Below, piece after piece: positions 26,501-41,500 of a stretch of 64,000 nt of DNA (positions are counted from its first letter, which is position 1; every line of letters starts with the position of its first letter). The stretch comes from Mobula hypostoma (lineage: Eukaryota). The notes under the pieces are model-generated. The model did no database searches, was not told where the DNA came from, and was given only the letters and a program-made list of their open reading frames with translations. The translations under genes were made by a program, and so were the position numbers. The stretch spans positions 63,738,001 to 63,802,000 of the forward strand of contig NC_086108.1 in assembly GCF_963921235.1 (NCBI RefSeq), written 5' to 3'.

Positions 26501-29500
26501 AAAGAACTAAGGTGAATTGAGAAAATAGCTGAGATTCACTTTGTTTATTTGGAACACTGTGCCACTTAATTGGGACAGGAGATAGTTGCCCAGCAGTTTC
26601 TAACTAGTGCTTGTGCTGGTACTTGTGTTGCCGTTAGACACTACACTGTGCTTAGAACAAACAGTATTTAAATAGTGTCGTTGTATGTATTTATGTCCAA
26701 AAAACAGTGATTTTTGTCACTAATAGTTGGCAAGAAATAAGCAGTAAGAGAATTCAGAACCATTTTGCTCATTGAGGTTTCAAGCAGTCAGGCCTGGAGA
26801 TGCCAGAATTGGCTGGGAGTGAAAATGAAATGAGTTAAGGACAATTTAGGGAGTACAAAGAATTTGAAGGTATCATCAATCATCTTGAAGGGTGTAATGA
26901 AAATGAAGATTTGGAGGATGCAATTATCGAAAGAATTGTATGAAGGCCATCCATTTTCTGCACTAGATGTCTGTGTTGATATTGTTCATTTACTGTCAAT
27001 TTTAAGAACACAGCAGTGTATACAGGATGAACTCCTCTGTTGATGACTGTTAGGAACTAATATGCAGTTTTATAGTACTGTTGCAATGTTCTAATTTGTT
27101 TTGTATTTCATTTAAATACATCCTTTGTTACTCACCTAAATGGTATTTTATCTTTCCTACACCTTTTAAACTATTTCCATGAAATTTTGCAATTTCGGTC
27201 ATTCACTTAATTGGGCCAAATGTGTTGGTCCTGGTTTAGCCCAATTAACCAGAATCCACTGTATTGAAAGCAGAGATTGATAGGTGCTTGATTAGAAAGG
27301 GTGTCTAAGGATATGGGGAGTAGGCAGAAGAATGGGGTTGGGAGGGATAATAAATGGTGGAACAGACTCAATGAGCCAAATGGCTTCATAGGTTTCCTAT
27401 GTCTATGTCTATGGTCTTTATGTATAAGGTGCGTGGAGGGCGTGTAGTGGAATACTCCCTATCTGTGTGGATAAGTACGATTCCAACAGTGTTCAAGAAA
27501 CTTGACACCATCTAGGTCAAACCAGCCCATGTGGCTGACACTCTACCAAGTTAACATTGGTTTCCTTCGCTAGCAGACAGTAGTTGTAATGTCTGCTATT
27601 TATGAAATGTACTGCATTTAGCTGTTACTATAGGATCTCCAAAACTAAAAAGGACAAGTCAGTAGGAACATGGGAACAACACCATCTATGTGTTATCCAC
27701 TATCTTGAAGCACTCTGCCTATGTATTGTGTCTTCAGTAGAAGAGAACAGTAGTTGAAGAAGGTTGTTGTAAGGGAGCAGTTAGGAATAGGTACTTTTGC
27801 TTACCTTGCCAGAAACAATTCCATCCGGGAAAATAGAAAGAAACTCCCCCAAAAAAACAATGAGTACAAGGAGTTAGCAATATATTCTTTGGGATATAAA
27901 TATGTAGGCACTTAATTTTGAAATATCAAGAACAAAATAAATTAAAATAGTATGTTTCATGTCAAGTAGGTAAACACAATCTTACTACTTAGTAATATGT
28001 GACTGTATGCAGCTAGCATGCAACATTAGTCAGTAATCCTAAATTATGTTTCTATTCCAGATCGCTTAATGTTGGAACCATTTTATCTGAAGTCCTTTTG
28101 AATTAGGTGGTGATTGCACAAGAGAGAGTGCAAAGATTTACTGGATGTTGTCTTGATTTGAGCACTTCAGTCACTGGGAGAGATTGGATAGGTTAGACTT
28201 ATTTTCCTTCAAGTGGAAGAGGAGCAGGAGTAACGTGATAGAAGTACTTAAGATTATAAGAAAGCCTTGATAAGGTAGATAGTTCAAAGGTTTAAAATTC
28301 ATTTTTTTAATTGAAGTATATAACTCTGAAATTCTTCTTCTCCTGGTAGCCATGAAGCCGAGAAAGAAAAGAAAGGCAGCACGATCATCAACTCCCAAAT
28401 CCCCCCTCCTTGCACAAAAAAAACAAAATCTGTTTCCTATATATATAAACAAGAGGTTTAAGGTGAGAAGAAGAAATTGTAAAGGGGAAGAGGGGCAGTG
28501 AGGGAGAATTTTCTATTACACAGTGGCTCTTATCTGTTGGATACTCTCACAGGAAGTGGTGGAATCAGTTACAAATAATATATTTAAAAGACACTTAGAC
28601 GCAAATTGGCAAGGCATAGAAGGATATGGTTCTAATGCTTGAAAATGGAACTGATGCAAGTGGGAAAAATGATTGCATGGATCTGGTAGGCCAAAAAGCC
28701 TATTACAATGCTGTACAAGCCTGTGATTCCATTTATAATTCATACCTTCACGCGTATCTATAATTTCCACCAAGGAGGTATATTTCTGTCCAATGATGGC
28801 GTTCATTGGTTTCATTAGCATCACTTGCAGTTTTTCATGGTTTTCTTCAAGTCCATCATCTTTAATAAAAATATTCCACATCTTCATAGAAATACCTGTG
28901 TTCAGAGATAAAATATTAATCATGCATAAATTTACATACTAACTTCACACCTCAAAAATGTAGAAACTTGACTTAAGTAAAGGGAATTAGCTAGGTAAGT
29001 GGGCCAATGAAGTAGCAAATGATGTTTAATTCAGATAACTGCTGAGAGTTGTTGCTTTTTCATAAATAATACAAATGTAGGACTTCCACATTGTGTACTG
29101 GGAGTGTTGTAGAATAAAGGGAACCAGGAGTGCAAAGTACATGGTTCCCTGAGAGAAGCATCACAGGTAGGTACTGTGGTGAAGAAATCATTTGGCATGC
29201 TAACTTCCATCAGTCAGAGCACTGAGTATAAGTATTGGAATGTTGTATTGCAGTTATACAAGATGGTGGAGAGGCCGCACCTAAAGTGTTCTCTACAGTT
29301 TTGGCTACCCTTTGAAAGGAATGAAGTCATTGGATAGGAAAGAGTTTAAAGAAGATTAACAATAATGTCACCAGGATTTAAGGAGCTGAGTTATAGGGAG
29401 AGGGAGGTCAGTCCAGAACTGTATTCCTTAGGGTGATGGAGACTGAGAAATGTCATAATAGATAAAATCATGAGGGGCATGGATAGGCTGAATGCACACA

Positions 29501-32500
29501 GTCCTTTTCCCAGGGAAAAACAATTAAAAAACAGAGGGCGTAAGATATATGGGGAGAAAGGAAAAATTTAAGAGGGATCTGAGTGGCAACTAGGAGAGCA
29601 AGAGTTGCAAATCATAATTGTGGCAACCATTTTTGTTACTAAACAGATGGTTGCAGTTCCAGAATGGCCTGTTCTTTGTATGCTCCTGTTCCTCTCCAGG
29701 ACAGTGCTACGCATCAGTCTGATCAGGTCCCATGCAGACCATGCATCTGAGATGATCCCAGTCTTGTTTCCTACGAAGGCATTTTTGATATTGGGTCATG
29801 GCAGATCATATGCTGTACATGCTGTAGTCAGGTTTCTTAAGCCCAAAGCAACAAAATGAGCTGGCAGTGACTAGGTTCCAGCTGGATGTCATGTTGCATC
29901 CAGACTATTTGGGACGAGCTACATGGAATGGGAGACATTTCTTGACTGTTATTTTCCTGGGCCTGTATATTCTTTTTTAATGATGAAGTTATAAGAGGAC
30001 GCAAATGAACATCATGGTCAAAATGCAGAGAAGTAGGACTTTTAACGCACCTATCCATGCAAAATCACTTCTCAAAATCTGTTTTTCCTTTTGCCTTTGA
30101 ACCTATCTATTCATTTATACTGATCTCAGCACTTGATTTGTAGCTGTTATGCCTTGACAATTCAAGTACTTGAAAATAGCTCTGTCCTCCACCACCATCT
30201 GCAGTGCATTCCAAATTCCAGTCACCTTTGGGTGAAAAATTCTTCCCTAGGTCCCCTCAAAACCTTCCACTCCTTACATTAAACCTACACTGTCTGGTTA
30301 CAGGTCCGTTTGACATGGGAGGTGGGTGTTGGAGTAATCTGCTAAGCTCTTTCCTAATAATGTCCCTAATAACTTTGTACACCTCTTTTGTGTTGCCCCA
30401 AAGCCTTCTCCTCTATTCCAGGCAACAGTAGAGTTATATGAATTGTAGGATTGTTCTCTGGTTTTTAAAATTTCCTCAAGATTTTCTTACTGTAAGCCTT
30501 TGAATAGGTTGGGTGGGATCGGCATTGCCGCCTTTTGTCTCTTGGTGCCTGTATTTATCTGGGCCTAACGAGAAGAGTCTATTTTGCTAGGTTTCCATTC
30601 CAGGCAGTATCCAGGTGAATCTCCACTCCAGTGCAATTATAAGACCGTAAGATATAGGGGCAGAATTAGGCCATTCTTCCCATCAAGCCTGCTTCACTAT
30701 TTCATCATGGCTGAGCCATTTCCCTCTTAAACCCACTCTCCTGCCTTCTCCCCATAACCTTTCACACTCTGACAAATCAAAAATCTATCAAATTCCACCT
30801 TACATACGACCAATGACTTGGCCTCCACAGTTGCTTTTGGCAATGAATTCCACAGATTTACCAAACTCTGGCTAAAAAAATTCCTCATCTTGATTCTAAA
30901 TGGATATCCCTCTATTCTGAGGTTGTGCCCTCTCTTCTTAGACTACCCACTATAGAAACCATCCTCATGCCCACTCTGTCTAGGTCTTTCAACATTTGAT
31001 AGGCTTAAATGAGATCCCCCCCTCATTCTTCTAAATTCCAGTGCGTACAGGCCCAGAGCCACCAAACACTCTCTTTGGGACCTCTTCTTCCTACCTATGT
31101 AATTGGTGCCAATATGTACCAAGACTTCTGGCTGCTCGCCCTTCCTCTTTAGAATGTCGTGGATCCGGTCTGAGGCATCCCTGTCCTTGGTACTTGGGAG
31201 GCAGCATACCATTCAGGTGTCTCTATCACATCCACGGAATTTTGTGTCTACTCCTCTAACTTTGGAATCCCCTATCACTACTGTTGTCCTCTTTTCCCCT
31301 CTTCTGTTCTGAGCCACAGTGCCAGAGTCCCAGTCGCTATGGTTCCCCCATGTAGGTTGTCCCTCCAATTGTATCCAAAACAGTATATTTATTATTCAGG
31401 GGAATGGTCACAGGGGTATTCTGCACTGGCTACCCATTCCTTTTTCTTCTCCTGACAGTCACCCTAGTACCTGCCAACTCCAATTTAGGGGTGACTACCT
31501 TTCTATAGCCCCCATCAATCACCTCCGTTTCTTGCATGAGGCAGAGGTCAGCGAGGGACTTCATCAAATGCCTTACTAAAATCCATGTAGGCAACATTCA
31601 TTGCCCTGCTAAGCCCCCTCCTTTACTCTCTGTATATCCATGACTGAGTCGCCACCCGCAGCTCCAATCTGCTAATTAAATTTGCTGATGGCACTACACT
31701 GATTGGCCTAACCTCAAATAATAACGAGGCAGCCTACAGAGAAGAAGTCATCACCCTGACACAGTGGTGTCAAAAAAACAACCTCTCCCTCAATGTTGCA
31801 AAAACAAAGGAGCTGGTTGTGGACTACAGGAGGAATGGAGACAGGCTATTGACATCAATGGATCTGGGGTTGAGAGGGTGAAGAGAGCCTCTTTCACCTC
31901 AGACGGTTGAAGAAGTTTGATGTGGGCCCCCAAATCCTAAGAACTTCCTATAGGGGCACAATGGAGAGCATCCTGACTAGCTGCATCACGGCCTGGTAAG
32001 GGAACTGTACTTCCTTCAATCGCAGGACTCTGCAGAGAGTGGTACGAGCTGCCGTGCGCATATGTAGATGTGAACTTCCCACTATTCAGGACATTTACAG
32101 AGACAGGTGTGTAAAAAGGGCCCAAAAGATCATGGGGGACACGAGTCATCCCAACCACAAACTGTTCCAGCTGCTACCATCCAGGAAACGGTACCGCAGC
32201 ATAAAAACCAGGACAGACCATCTCCAGGACAGCTTCTTCCACCAAGCCATCCGACTCTTAACTCATAGAAACATAAAAAATAGGTGCAGGAGTAGGCCAT
32301 TCGGCCCTTCGAGCCTGCACCGCCATTCAGTATGATCATGGCTGATCATCCAACTCAGAACCCTGTACCTGCCTTCTCTCCATACCCCCGATCCCTTTAG
32401 CCGCACGAGCCATATCTAACTCCCTCTTAAATATAGCCAATGAACTGGCCTCAACTGTTTCCTGTGGCAGAGAATTCCACAGATTCAACATTCTCTGTGT

Positions 32501-35500
32501 GAAGAAGTTTTTCCTCATCTCAGTCCTAAAAGGCTCCCCCTTTATCCTCAAACTGTGACCCCTCGTTCTGGACTTCCCCAACATCGGGAACAATCTTCCT
32601 GCATCTAGCCTGTCCAACCCCTTTAGAATTTTATACATTTCAATAAGACCCCCCCAAATCTTCTAAATTCCAGTGAGTATAAGCCTAGCTGATCCAGTCT
32701 TTCATCATATGAAAATCCTGCCATTCCAGGAATCAATCTGGTGAACCTTCTTTGTACTCCCTCAATGGCAAGGATGTCTTTCCTCAGATTAGGGGACCAA
32801 AACTGCACACAATACTCCAGGTGTGGTCTCACCAAGCCCTTGTACAACTGCAGTAGTACCTCCCTGCTCCTGTACTCGAATCCTCTTGCTATGAATGCCA
32901 GCATACCACTCGCCTTTTTCACCGCCTGCTGTACCTGCATGCCCACTTTCAGTGACTGGTGTATAATGACACCCAGGTCTCGATGCACCTCCCCTTTTCC
33001 TAATTGGCCACCATTCAGATAATAATCTGTTTTCCTGTTTTTGCCACCAAACTGGATAACCTCACATTTATCCACATTAAATTGCATCTGCCATGAATTT
33101 GCCCACTCACCTAACCTATCCAAATCACCCTGCATCCTCTTAGCATCCTCCTCACAGCTAACACTGCCACCCAGCTTTGTGTCATCTGCAAACTTGGAGA
33201 TGCTGCATTTAATTCCCTCATCCAAGTCATTAATATATATTGTAAACAACTGGGGTCCCAGCACTGAGCCTTGTGGTACCCCACTAGTCACTGCCTGCCA
33301 TTCTGAAAAGGTCCCGTTTATTCCCACTCTTTGCTTCCTATCTGCCAACCAATTCTCTATCCACATCAATACCATACCCCCAATACCATGTGCTTTAAGT
33401 TTGCACACTAACCTCCTGTGTGGGACCTTGTCAAAAGCCTTTTGAAAAACCAATTATACCACATCCACTGGTTCTCCCCTATCCACTCTACTAGTTACAT
33501 CCTCAAAAAATTCTATGAGATTCGTCAGACATGATTTTCCTTTCACAAATCCATGCTGACTTTGTCCAATGATTTCACCACCTTCCAAATGTGCTGTTAT
33601 CACATCTTTGATAGCTGACTCTAGCATTTTCCCCACCACCGATGTCAGGCTAACCGGTCTATAATTCCCTGGTTTCTCTTCTCCGGTTCCCCGGCTGACA
33701 CAACTGCATTTCTATGTTATATTGGCTGTCCTATTGTACATACTATTTATGATAAATTACTATAAATTGCACATTGCACATTTAGATGGAAATGTAACGT
33801 AAAGAGTTTTACTCCTCATGTATTTGAAGGATGTAAATAATAACGTCAATTCAATTCAATTGTCTTGCTGATCAACTCATCAATATTCTCAATCAAGTTG
33901 GCAAGACACGACCTGCCCTGCATAAAGCCATGCTGACTCTCCCTAATAAGGCCATAGGCTTCCAAATGTTCATATATTCTTTCCCTAAGAATTTTCTCCA
34001 GCAACTTTCCTTAAACTGATGTGAGACTATAGTTCACAGGATTTTACTTTGTTCCTTACTTAAATAGAGGCACTATATTAGCTACTTTCCAGTCCTCCGG
34101 GACGTCACTTGTGCCTAGAGGTCAAAGGCCAAGCAATCTCTTCTCTGACCTCCTTCAATAACCTGGCATAATTCCCATCAGGCCCTGGGGACCTATACAC
34201 CTTTATACTGATTAGGAGGCCCAACACTTCCTCCTCATTCAACTTCAACTTTAAGGCATCCGTTAGTCTTGTGAGACCATGGATCTGCACCCGGAAAGTC
34301 TTCACTTTCCAGGGCGCAGGCCTGGGCAAGGTTGTATGGAAGACCGGCAGTTTCCCATGCTGCAAGTCTCTCCTCTCCACGACACTGATGTTGTCCAAGG
34401 GAAGGGCAAGGGCTGATACAGATTGGCACCAGTGTCATCGCAGAACACTGTGTGCTTAAGAGCCTTGCTCAAGGACACAACACGCTGCCTTGGCTGGGGC
34501 TCGAACTCACGACCTTCAGGTCACTAGTCGAATGCCTTAACCACTTGGCCACTTAACCACTTCTCCAAATAACCTAACATATTTATGAACTCAGCACTGA
34601 TCTCCTGGTCTTCCATGTCCTTTTCCTTGGTCAATACTGAAGCAAAGTGCTCATTAAGTGCCTCACTCACATTCTCTGCATCCAAGCAAATATTGCCCCC
34701 CCCCTTTATATTTGAGTGGTCCCATCCTCTTCTGAATTATCCTCTTGCTCTTGAGATATGGAAACAATGCCTTGGAATTCATTTTAATCCAACTTGGCAA
34801 GGACTTTTCATGGCCCATCCTGGCTTTCCTATTTCCCTTCTTCAGTTCTTTTTGGCTTCTTCTATAATCTTCATGTGCTCTGTTTGACCCCAACTTCCGA
34901 AGCTTTTCATATTTTTCCTTTTTCTTCTTGACTAAATTCATCACCTCTCTGGACATCCAAGGTTCTCTAATCTTTCCATCCCTGTCCTTCCTTCCAACAG
35001 GAACATACATTTCCTGTACTCTGTGCAATTGATCTTTAAACACCCTCCTCATGTCTGATATGGACGTGCCAGAAAAAAAGGTATGCCCAATGAACTCTTC
35101 TTAGTTCCTTCTTAATGCCCTTGTAGTTGGCCCTACTCCAATTTAAAACTCTCCTGCAAGGATCATACCTGCCCTTATCTATGGCCATCCTGAATGTTAA
35201 GGTGTTGTGATCACTGTTCCCTAACTGATCACCAATGTACTCTCTAATTTTTAGTAGTCAGTGTGTGCAAAAATCTTATGTTGTGCAAATTTTTTTCCTG
35301 TGACAAAAGTATGTGGGCACTGAATGCACACATGGCACAGTTTATGTAGGTTTACAAAATATTTGACATAAAACTGCACAGAATAACAACAAAATAACAT
35401 CCATATTTAAGTCACTCAGTTATTTTTTCTCTCTCCTGTCTTTGGCATTTACCCATTCTTTGTAAGCTTTATCCAGATGAATAGAACTTCCATTCAATTG

Positions 35501-38500
35501 ATAGCTTTTGATTCTCATGTAACATATCCAAATGACATTCACCTAAATGGTTTCTCAGCTTGTTTTTGAGTTGATTCATTAGGCTAAAACCTTGCTCACA
35601 GTCTGCACTAGATGCAAGAAAGGTTCCCCCAATGTCCATCAACTGTGCAAGGTCGCAAAACTGTTCATTTTGAAGTACAAATACCACCATTTGAGCAAAG
35701 TTTGAAATCATTAAACTGTCTAACTATTACAGTATTTTCAGCTAGAAAATCAGTATATTTTAGACATAAGGCATTAACTTGTTCATCGCCAAATGAGAAG
35801 TCACGATCTGCAATTGCAGAGAAATCAAAAGTTGACCATTCTTGTACCTCATCTTCAGGAAACCTTTCTTCTAAATGAACACAAAGACTATTTATAAAAG
35901 TCAACAGCGAACTTGTATCTAGTGTGACGTTTTCTTCACGTGGTTGGCTTAACAAAACTTTAACTTTGTCACTCCACGAAACAGTGTCTCCCAGATACTG
36001 CTTTCTTATCTTGTTAATTTGTAAACTTTATGATATGAACACTGTCCGCCAAAGATGCTGCCGCTGTGATGCAGCTGTATAAACCGGAACAGGAAAGGTG
36101 AGGTGACGTAAATTAGTGACGTGCATTGTGGTATTTGAAAAACCGACTAACTAGTTAACAGAAACATTTATCTAAAAGATTATTTTCAATAAGTATAATT
36201 ATTAATTACTACATTATTTTAGGTAACTAACCTTTTGTGCGCACATTAATTTCCTTTGTGCGCTGGTTGAAAAACGTGTGTGTGTGCACACACGCACACA
36301 GCTTAGAGGGAACATAGCTGATCACCCAATGAAAGGTCAGTCACCTCCTGGATATGCTCAGCAAATTCTGCCCCATTTAAACCGCTTTATATTAGGGAAG
36401 TTGAAATCCCCCATGACAACAACCCTATTATTTCTAGACATTTCCTTAATCTGTTTACATATCTGTTCCTCAATGTCCCGATGGCTATTGGGGCCCTGTA
36501 GTACAATCCCATCAGTATGATGGCACCCTTCCAATTCCTGAGTTCAACCCAAATGGACTCAGTGTCTGAACCCTCTGTTATGTCTCTCCTGTGTGCAGCT
36601 GTAACATTGTCCCTGGTTAGTATTGCCATCCACCCCCCTTCTACCTCCTCCTCTATCTTTTCTAAGACTTCGAAAACCTAGGACATTAATCATCCATTCT
36701 GCCCCTCTCTCAACCATGTTTTTGTAATGGTTACAACATCATAGTTCAATGTACTGATCCATGCTCTAAATTACCCATAATACTCCTAGCGCTAAAATAT
36801 ACACACTTCAAACTACCTGACCCTGTTATTTCGATTTTACTTTCCCTTACTTTCCCTGGCATCTACCTTCTGGTTCAATCTTTCCCTTATTGACCAGTTC
36901 TCAGCCCCTTGCAAAACTGCTCAAACCCTCCCAAGTAGCATGAGCAAACCTCCCATCCAGGGTATTAGTTCTCCTCCACTTCTGGTGCAACCTGCTGTCC
37001 CTCTTGTACAGGTCACCTCTTCCCCAGAAAAAAGGTTCTAATGATCCAAAAACTTAAAACCCTGCCCTCTGCACCATCTCCTCAGCCACCTATTCATCTG
37101 TGCTAACATCCCACTCCTACCTACACTAGCCTGTGGCACAGGGAGTAATCCGGAGATTACAACCTTGGAGGTCCTTCTCTTCAGCCTCTTTCCTAACTCA
37201 TTATAGGTAGGACCTCTTCCTCTATTCTGCCTATGTCATTGGTGCCAATATACACCACAATCTCTGTCTGTTCACCCTCCCCCTTGAGAGTATCCTGCAG
37301 CCACTCTGATATATCCTGTACCCTAGCACCCAGGAGGCATCACACTATCTGGGTGTCTCTTTTGTGGCCACAGAACCTCCCGTCTGTCCCCCTAACTATC
37401 GAGTCCCCTATCACTACTGCACTGCCTGACTTTACCCTTCCCTGCTGAGCATCAGAGTTGGTCACAGTTCCACTGGCCTGGCTGCTGCTGCTGTGCCCTG
37501 ATGATTTATTTTATTATATCCACTTGATTTTCTAAGTTACAAAACTGTTACAATTGAAGGAATCAAGATTTGAAATGTCTCTTAATATCAGGAACATTTA
37601 AAAGCTGTTGAATTTAATGACAGCTGTGACAGTGGGGAAAGCTCTATTGCCAGTTTTGCTCTGCCACAACCTGTCAGGATTTCTGGAGCTGGAACCACTA
37701 CAACATTTGCTGCCCAATGCCTGGTCACTAAATGGGCTTCTCTGCCTGCATGAAGAGTGCAGAGACCTGGCAAAATCAACTTTTCCCTTTAAATACAATC
37801 ACCAACAGACAAAAGGCATCAATGTCAGTCCAGCCCAACCTAGTCAAAAACTCACGGAAATTTTAAAAACTTGAGTATAATTCTACAATTCATATAAATC
37901 AATTGCCTATAGATATTTTTATTTCCTTGGCAAAATAATGATAAAATATATTCCGTCAAATTTTAGTCAAATAACCAACACTTACCAGGGTCAAACTGAA
38001 TTAAACTTGCTGTGTGATGAGTGAAGTCCCTGCCAACAGTTGCTGTTAACTCCTGAGCCTATAGAAGGTAAACACTGAATTAATATTCAATGCAGAGACT
38101 GATCACATAATGTTATGGAGTCATCATACTGTGAAGAGAACGCAACTTTATGATGTATCTTTATTACGTGCAATGGAGCATAAATATGCACAGTTATATG
38201 GAGAGCATCCACAATGACTGTGCAGAATTAGGAATGGAACCAAAATTCCTGCAAGAAAGAGAAAAAAATAGAATAAATAAAAATTTGGGTTGTTAACAGT
38301 AATTGTTGCTATATACAGTATGTGTTGCCCTTTAAGAATTGCATCGAGTGCATTCCGGTTTAAGATGGCGCTACCGAAGGTGGGCGACAGTTTACTGGTG
38401 ATTCAAAAGCAAAGAAATTCGATTTAAAACATTACCAATAACACTTTTTCTGAAGTGAATTGTGGTGAACTATCACTGTATACAATGAAGAGGCAAAGGG

Positions 38501-41500
38501 AAAGAGAATTCAAGAACTGTGTCCTGCTGGTGTGCTGCAAATTTGCACACTTGGAATTGGAGCCATGCTGGCTGGAGTGAACAATTCAGAGAGAAGACGG
38601 GACAGAGGAGTTCCTATGTCCTTCTAACTAATCCAGGTGCGAGGGTGGATCGCACTAAGCATAGAGCCATTTGAAGAGGTTGAGAACAGCTTCTTTAGCA
38701 GTGGAATCTAGGCCTGAGGCGAATCGCTGGGCAGCGCATTCTAGGCCTGGAGCAATTCGCCGTGGCAGGGCCTGGGTCCTAATTTTAGGCACAATCCGCA
38801 GTTTGGACAATTTAAGTGTCAGCCCAGATAGACTGGAAAAGCAGGGTGCTGAAAGTGGGTGAGGTTGGATTTCTCTGGGTGCCAAGCCAATTTGGAGAGG
38901 TCAAGAACAGTTTCTTTGGCTACGAAGTTTAAGCCTAGAGCAATTTGCCACAGCAGAACCTGGGTCCTAATGTGAGGTATGATCCGCTGTTCAGATTATT
39001 TAAATGCCAGTCCAGATAGACTGGGGTCTTCTCTCCCCACGACACTAAGGCTGTGAGACTGCCCCACGCTGCCATGCTTCGTGTCTGTGAAATTTGTGGC
39101 AATTTGCTCCGTTAATATGATGAACTGAATACCAAGCCTTTGGGTTTACTCTGGGCTGCTCTGGGAATTTGGATCTAAGGACTTAATTTGGTTTTGAATG
39201 CTGTTGTTTTGCTTGCTTCTATTGTTTGCATGATTTGTGTTTTTCTTTCTCTTCCCCTGTGTGCATTGAGAGTTGGTCTTTATTTTTTTTAATTGGGTTC
39301 TTTCGGGTTTCTTGCTTTGCAGCTGCTTGAAGGCAAACAAATCTCAAGGTTGAGTAATTTAAACATTAGTTGATAATAAATGTATTTTGAATCTTGAAGT
39401 GATTTATGCTCTTTTGGTTCACAGTACACATGCGGGAAGTTTCAGACTTTGTTATGAAGAGTCAAATAAAGTTTGTGCATGCAAGAGATCCTGCAGATAC
39501 TGGAAATCCTGAACAACACACACAAAATGCTCAAGGAACTCCGCAAGTCAGGAAGCATCTATGAAGGGGAATAAAAAGTTGATGTTTTTGGCGAGACACT
39601 TACTCGGGACTGGAAAGTTAATGGCAGAAACCAGGATAAGAAGGTTGGAGGAGAGGAAGATGTACAAACTGGCAGGTGACATTTGAGTCCAGGTGAGGTG
39701 GAAGCTGTGTGAGTGGGGGAGGGGAGATGAATTAGGAAGCTAGGAAAGGATTGATGGAAGAGGTAAAGGCCAAAGAAGAAGGGTTCTAATAGGACAAGAT
39801 GGTGGACCAAGGATGGAAGGAAAGGAGGAGGGTAACTGAAGGGAGCTGATGGGCAGGTGAGGAGAGAAGGAGTAGAGAGCAACCAGAATGGGAAGAGTGA
39901 CGGGGGTGGGGGGAAGAAAGTATTGAAAGCTGGAGAAATCAATATTTATCTTCTTCTTCAACCCTTTACACCTCCCATCTCCTCCACCCGTACACCTCAC
40001 CTGGTCTCACCTATCACTTGCTCGTTTGTACCCCTTGCTATCCCTCACCTTCTTATTCTGGATTCTGCCCTCTTTCTTTCCAGTTATGATGAAGGGTTTC
40101 AGCCCAACTGTGTACTCCCTCCATAGATGCTGCATGACTTCCCAAATTTTTGTACTTTGAGCTCCTGTGTTCTCATGTGTTTCAGTTTACATTTCCTGCA
40201 GTGAAATTTGTTCAAGGTTTAAAGAGCTCTTTGAGCGCACACACTTTACATTGGCAACAAAGGTTGGTGGTAAAAAATCACAGTCAAAAGTGAAGAAGCT
40301 GTCAAGGACGTCAAAGAGCGACACAACAGTGTGGGGCAAATCTGTGGAGCTCACAATTAATGACAGGAAGTCTAAGGTGCAGACTTTAACACAAGAGAAA
40401 ATGGTTCCACATGGAAAATTTGTTCCAAATAAAATTGCAAACCTGCTTGTGGTTATAGTACAAAATAGCAGAGGGGCTTCAGACTGATTAGATTGAAAAT
40501 CTTAATAATTAATATAAAATATGTATACTGAGGGGTGAAGGTGATCCTTGGCTACATTATGTTACTTAAGTGGAGGATGTGATGAAAATATTTGGACAAA
40601 GGCCACCTGCAAATACAAGGCCATCCTATCGGTGGAAATATGGCAGTTATTTACATGATGTTGGCAGTTTTGCTGTAGGGTGATCAAAGAACTATTTAAC
40701 AAAATTAAAATTCAAAACCATTTCAACCCAGTGCTGTCAGAAAATGTGTAAGTTATTAGTTTGGAACCCATAATCAACAATGAAGACTGATGATGAGAAG
40801 TTACACAGATTTTCTAATAAATCTACATTCTAACAAAAGTAGAGTTAGTGAACTGAAAATGAAAATCAAGGCTTCACGATGCATAGTGACATAGATGCTG
40901 ACTGCTTCACTGTGGAAATGTACACGTATGGCAAGATGGTCTAAAGTTAACAAGAGTCCTGAAAAAGTGCCTTGGCCTGAAATGCCAATTGTTTATTCAT
41001 TTTCAAAGATATTGCCTGATCTGCTGAACTCCTCCAGGATTTTGTATGAGTTGCTCAACTTATCTTGGTGACAAATAGAATTTTTAAAAATTGAAAAAAA
41101 AATTATTCTAGCTTCTTCTCCCTTCCTTTCCAGTCCTGATGAATGGTTTCAGCATGTCAAGCAGCATCTATGAAAATGAATAAATGGTTGACATTTCGGA
41201 CCAAGACCCTTCATCAGGACTGGAAAGGAAGGAGAAAGATACCAGCATAAAAAAGTGGGGGCCGAAGAATTTGAATTGAATTGAATTTATTTCTTACATC
41301 CTTCATATACACGAGGAGTAAAAATCTTTACGTTACGTCTCAGTCTAAATGTGCAATGTGCAATTTATAGTAATTAATAGTAAATAGTATATATAACAAG
41401 CCAGTCAATATAACGTATAAATACAATTGTATCAGCATGAGTTAATCAGTCTGATGGCCTGGTGGAAGAGGCTGTCCCAGAGTCTGTTGGTCCTGACTTT

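Larger units (their letters stand above)
31555..37450 (-). mobile_element. old CR1 (ORF1 esterase to RT) carrying several nested insertions
   Basis: GDS/GTND region at 37.2-37.4 kb, ESIWVELRN at 36.5 kb, SPGPDG at 34.2 kb, GRSCL at 33.9 kb, MDFSKAFD at 31.57 kb. Confidence 0.75.

Noticed and set aside
34480..34552. tRNA gene (also heads at ~47377-47440 and ~52070-52140)
   Set aside because: A/B boxes run into SINE bodies and no complete cloverleaf is evident; these are SINE heads.
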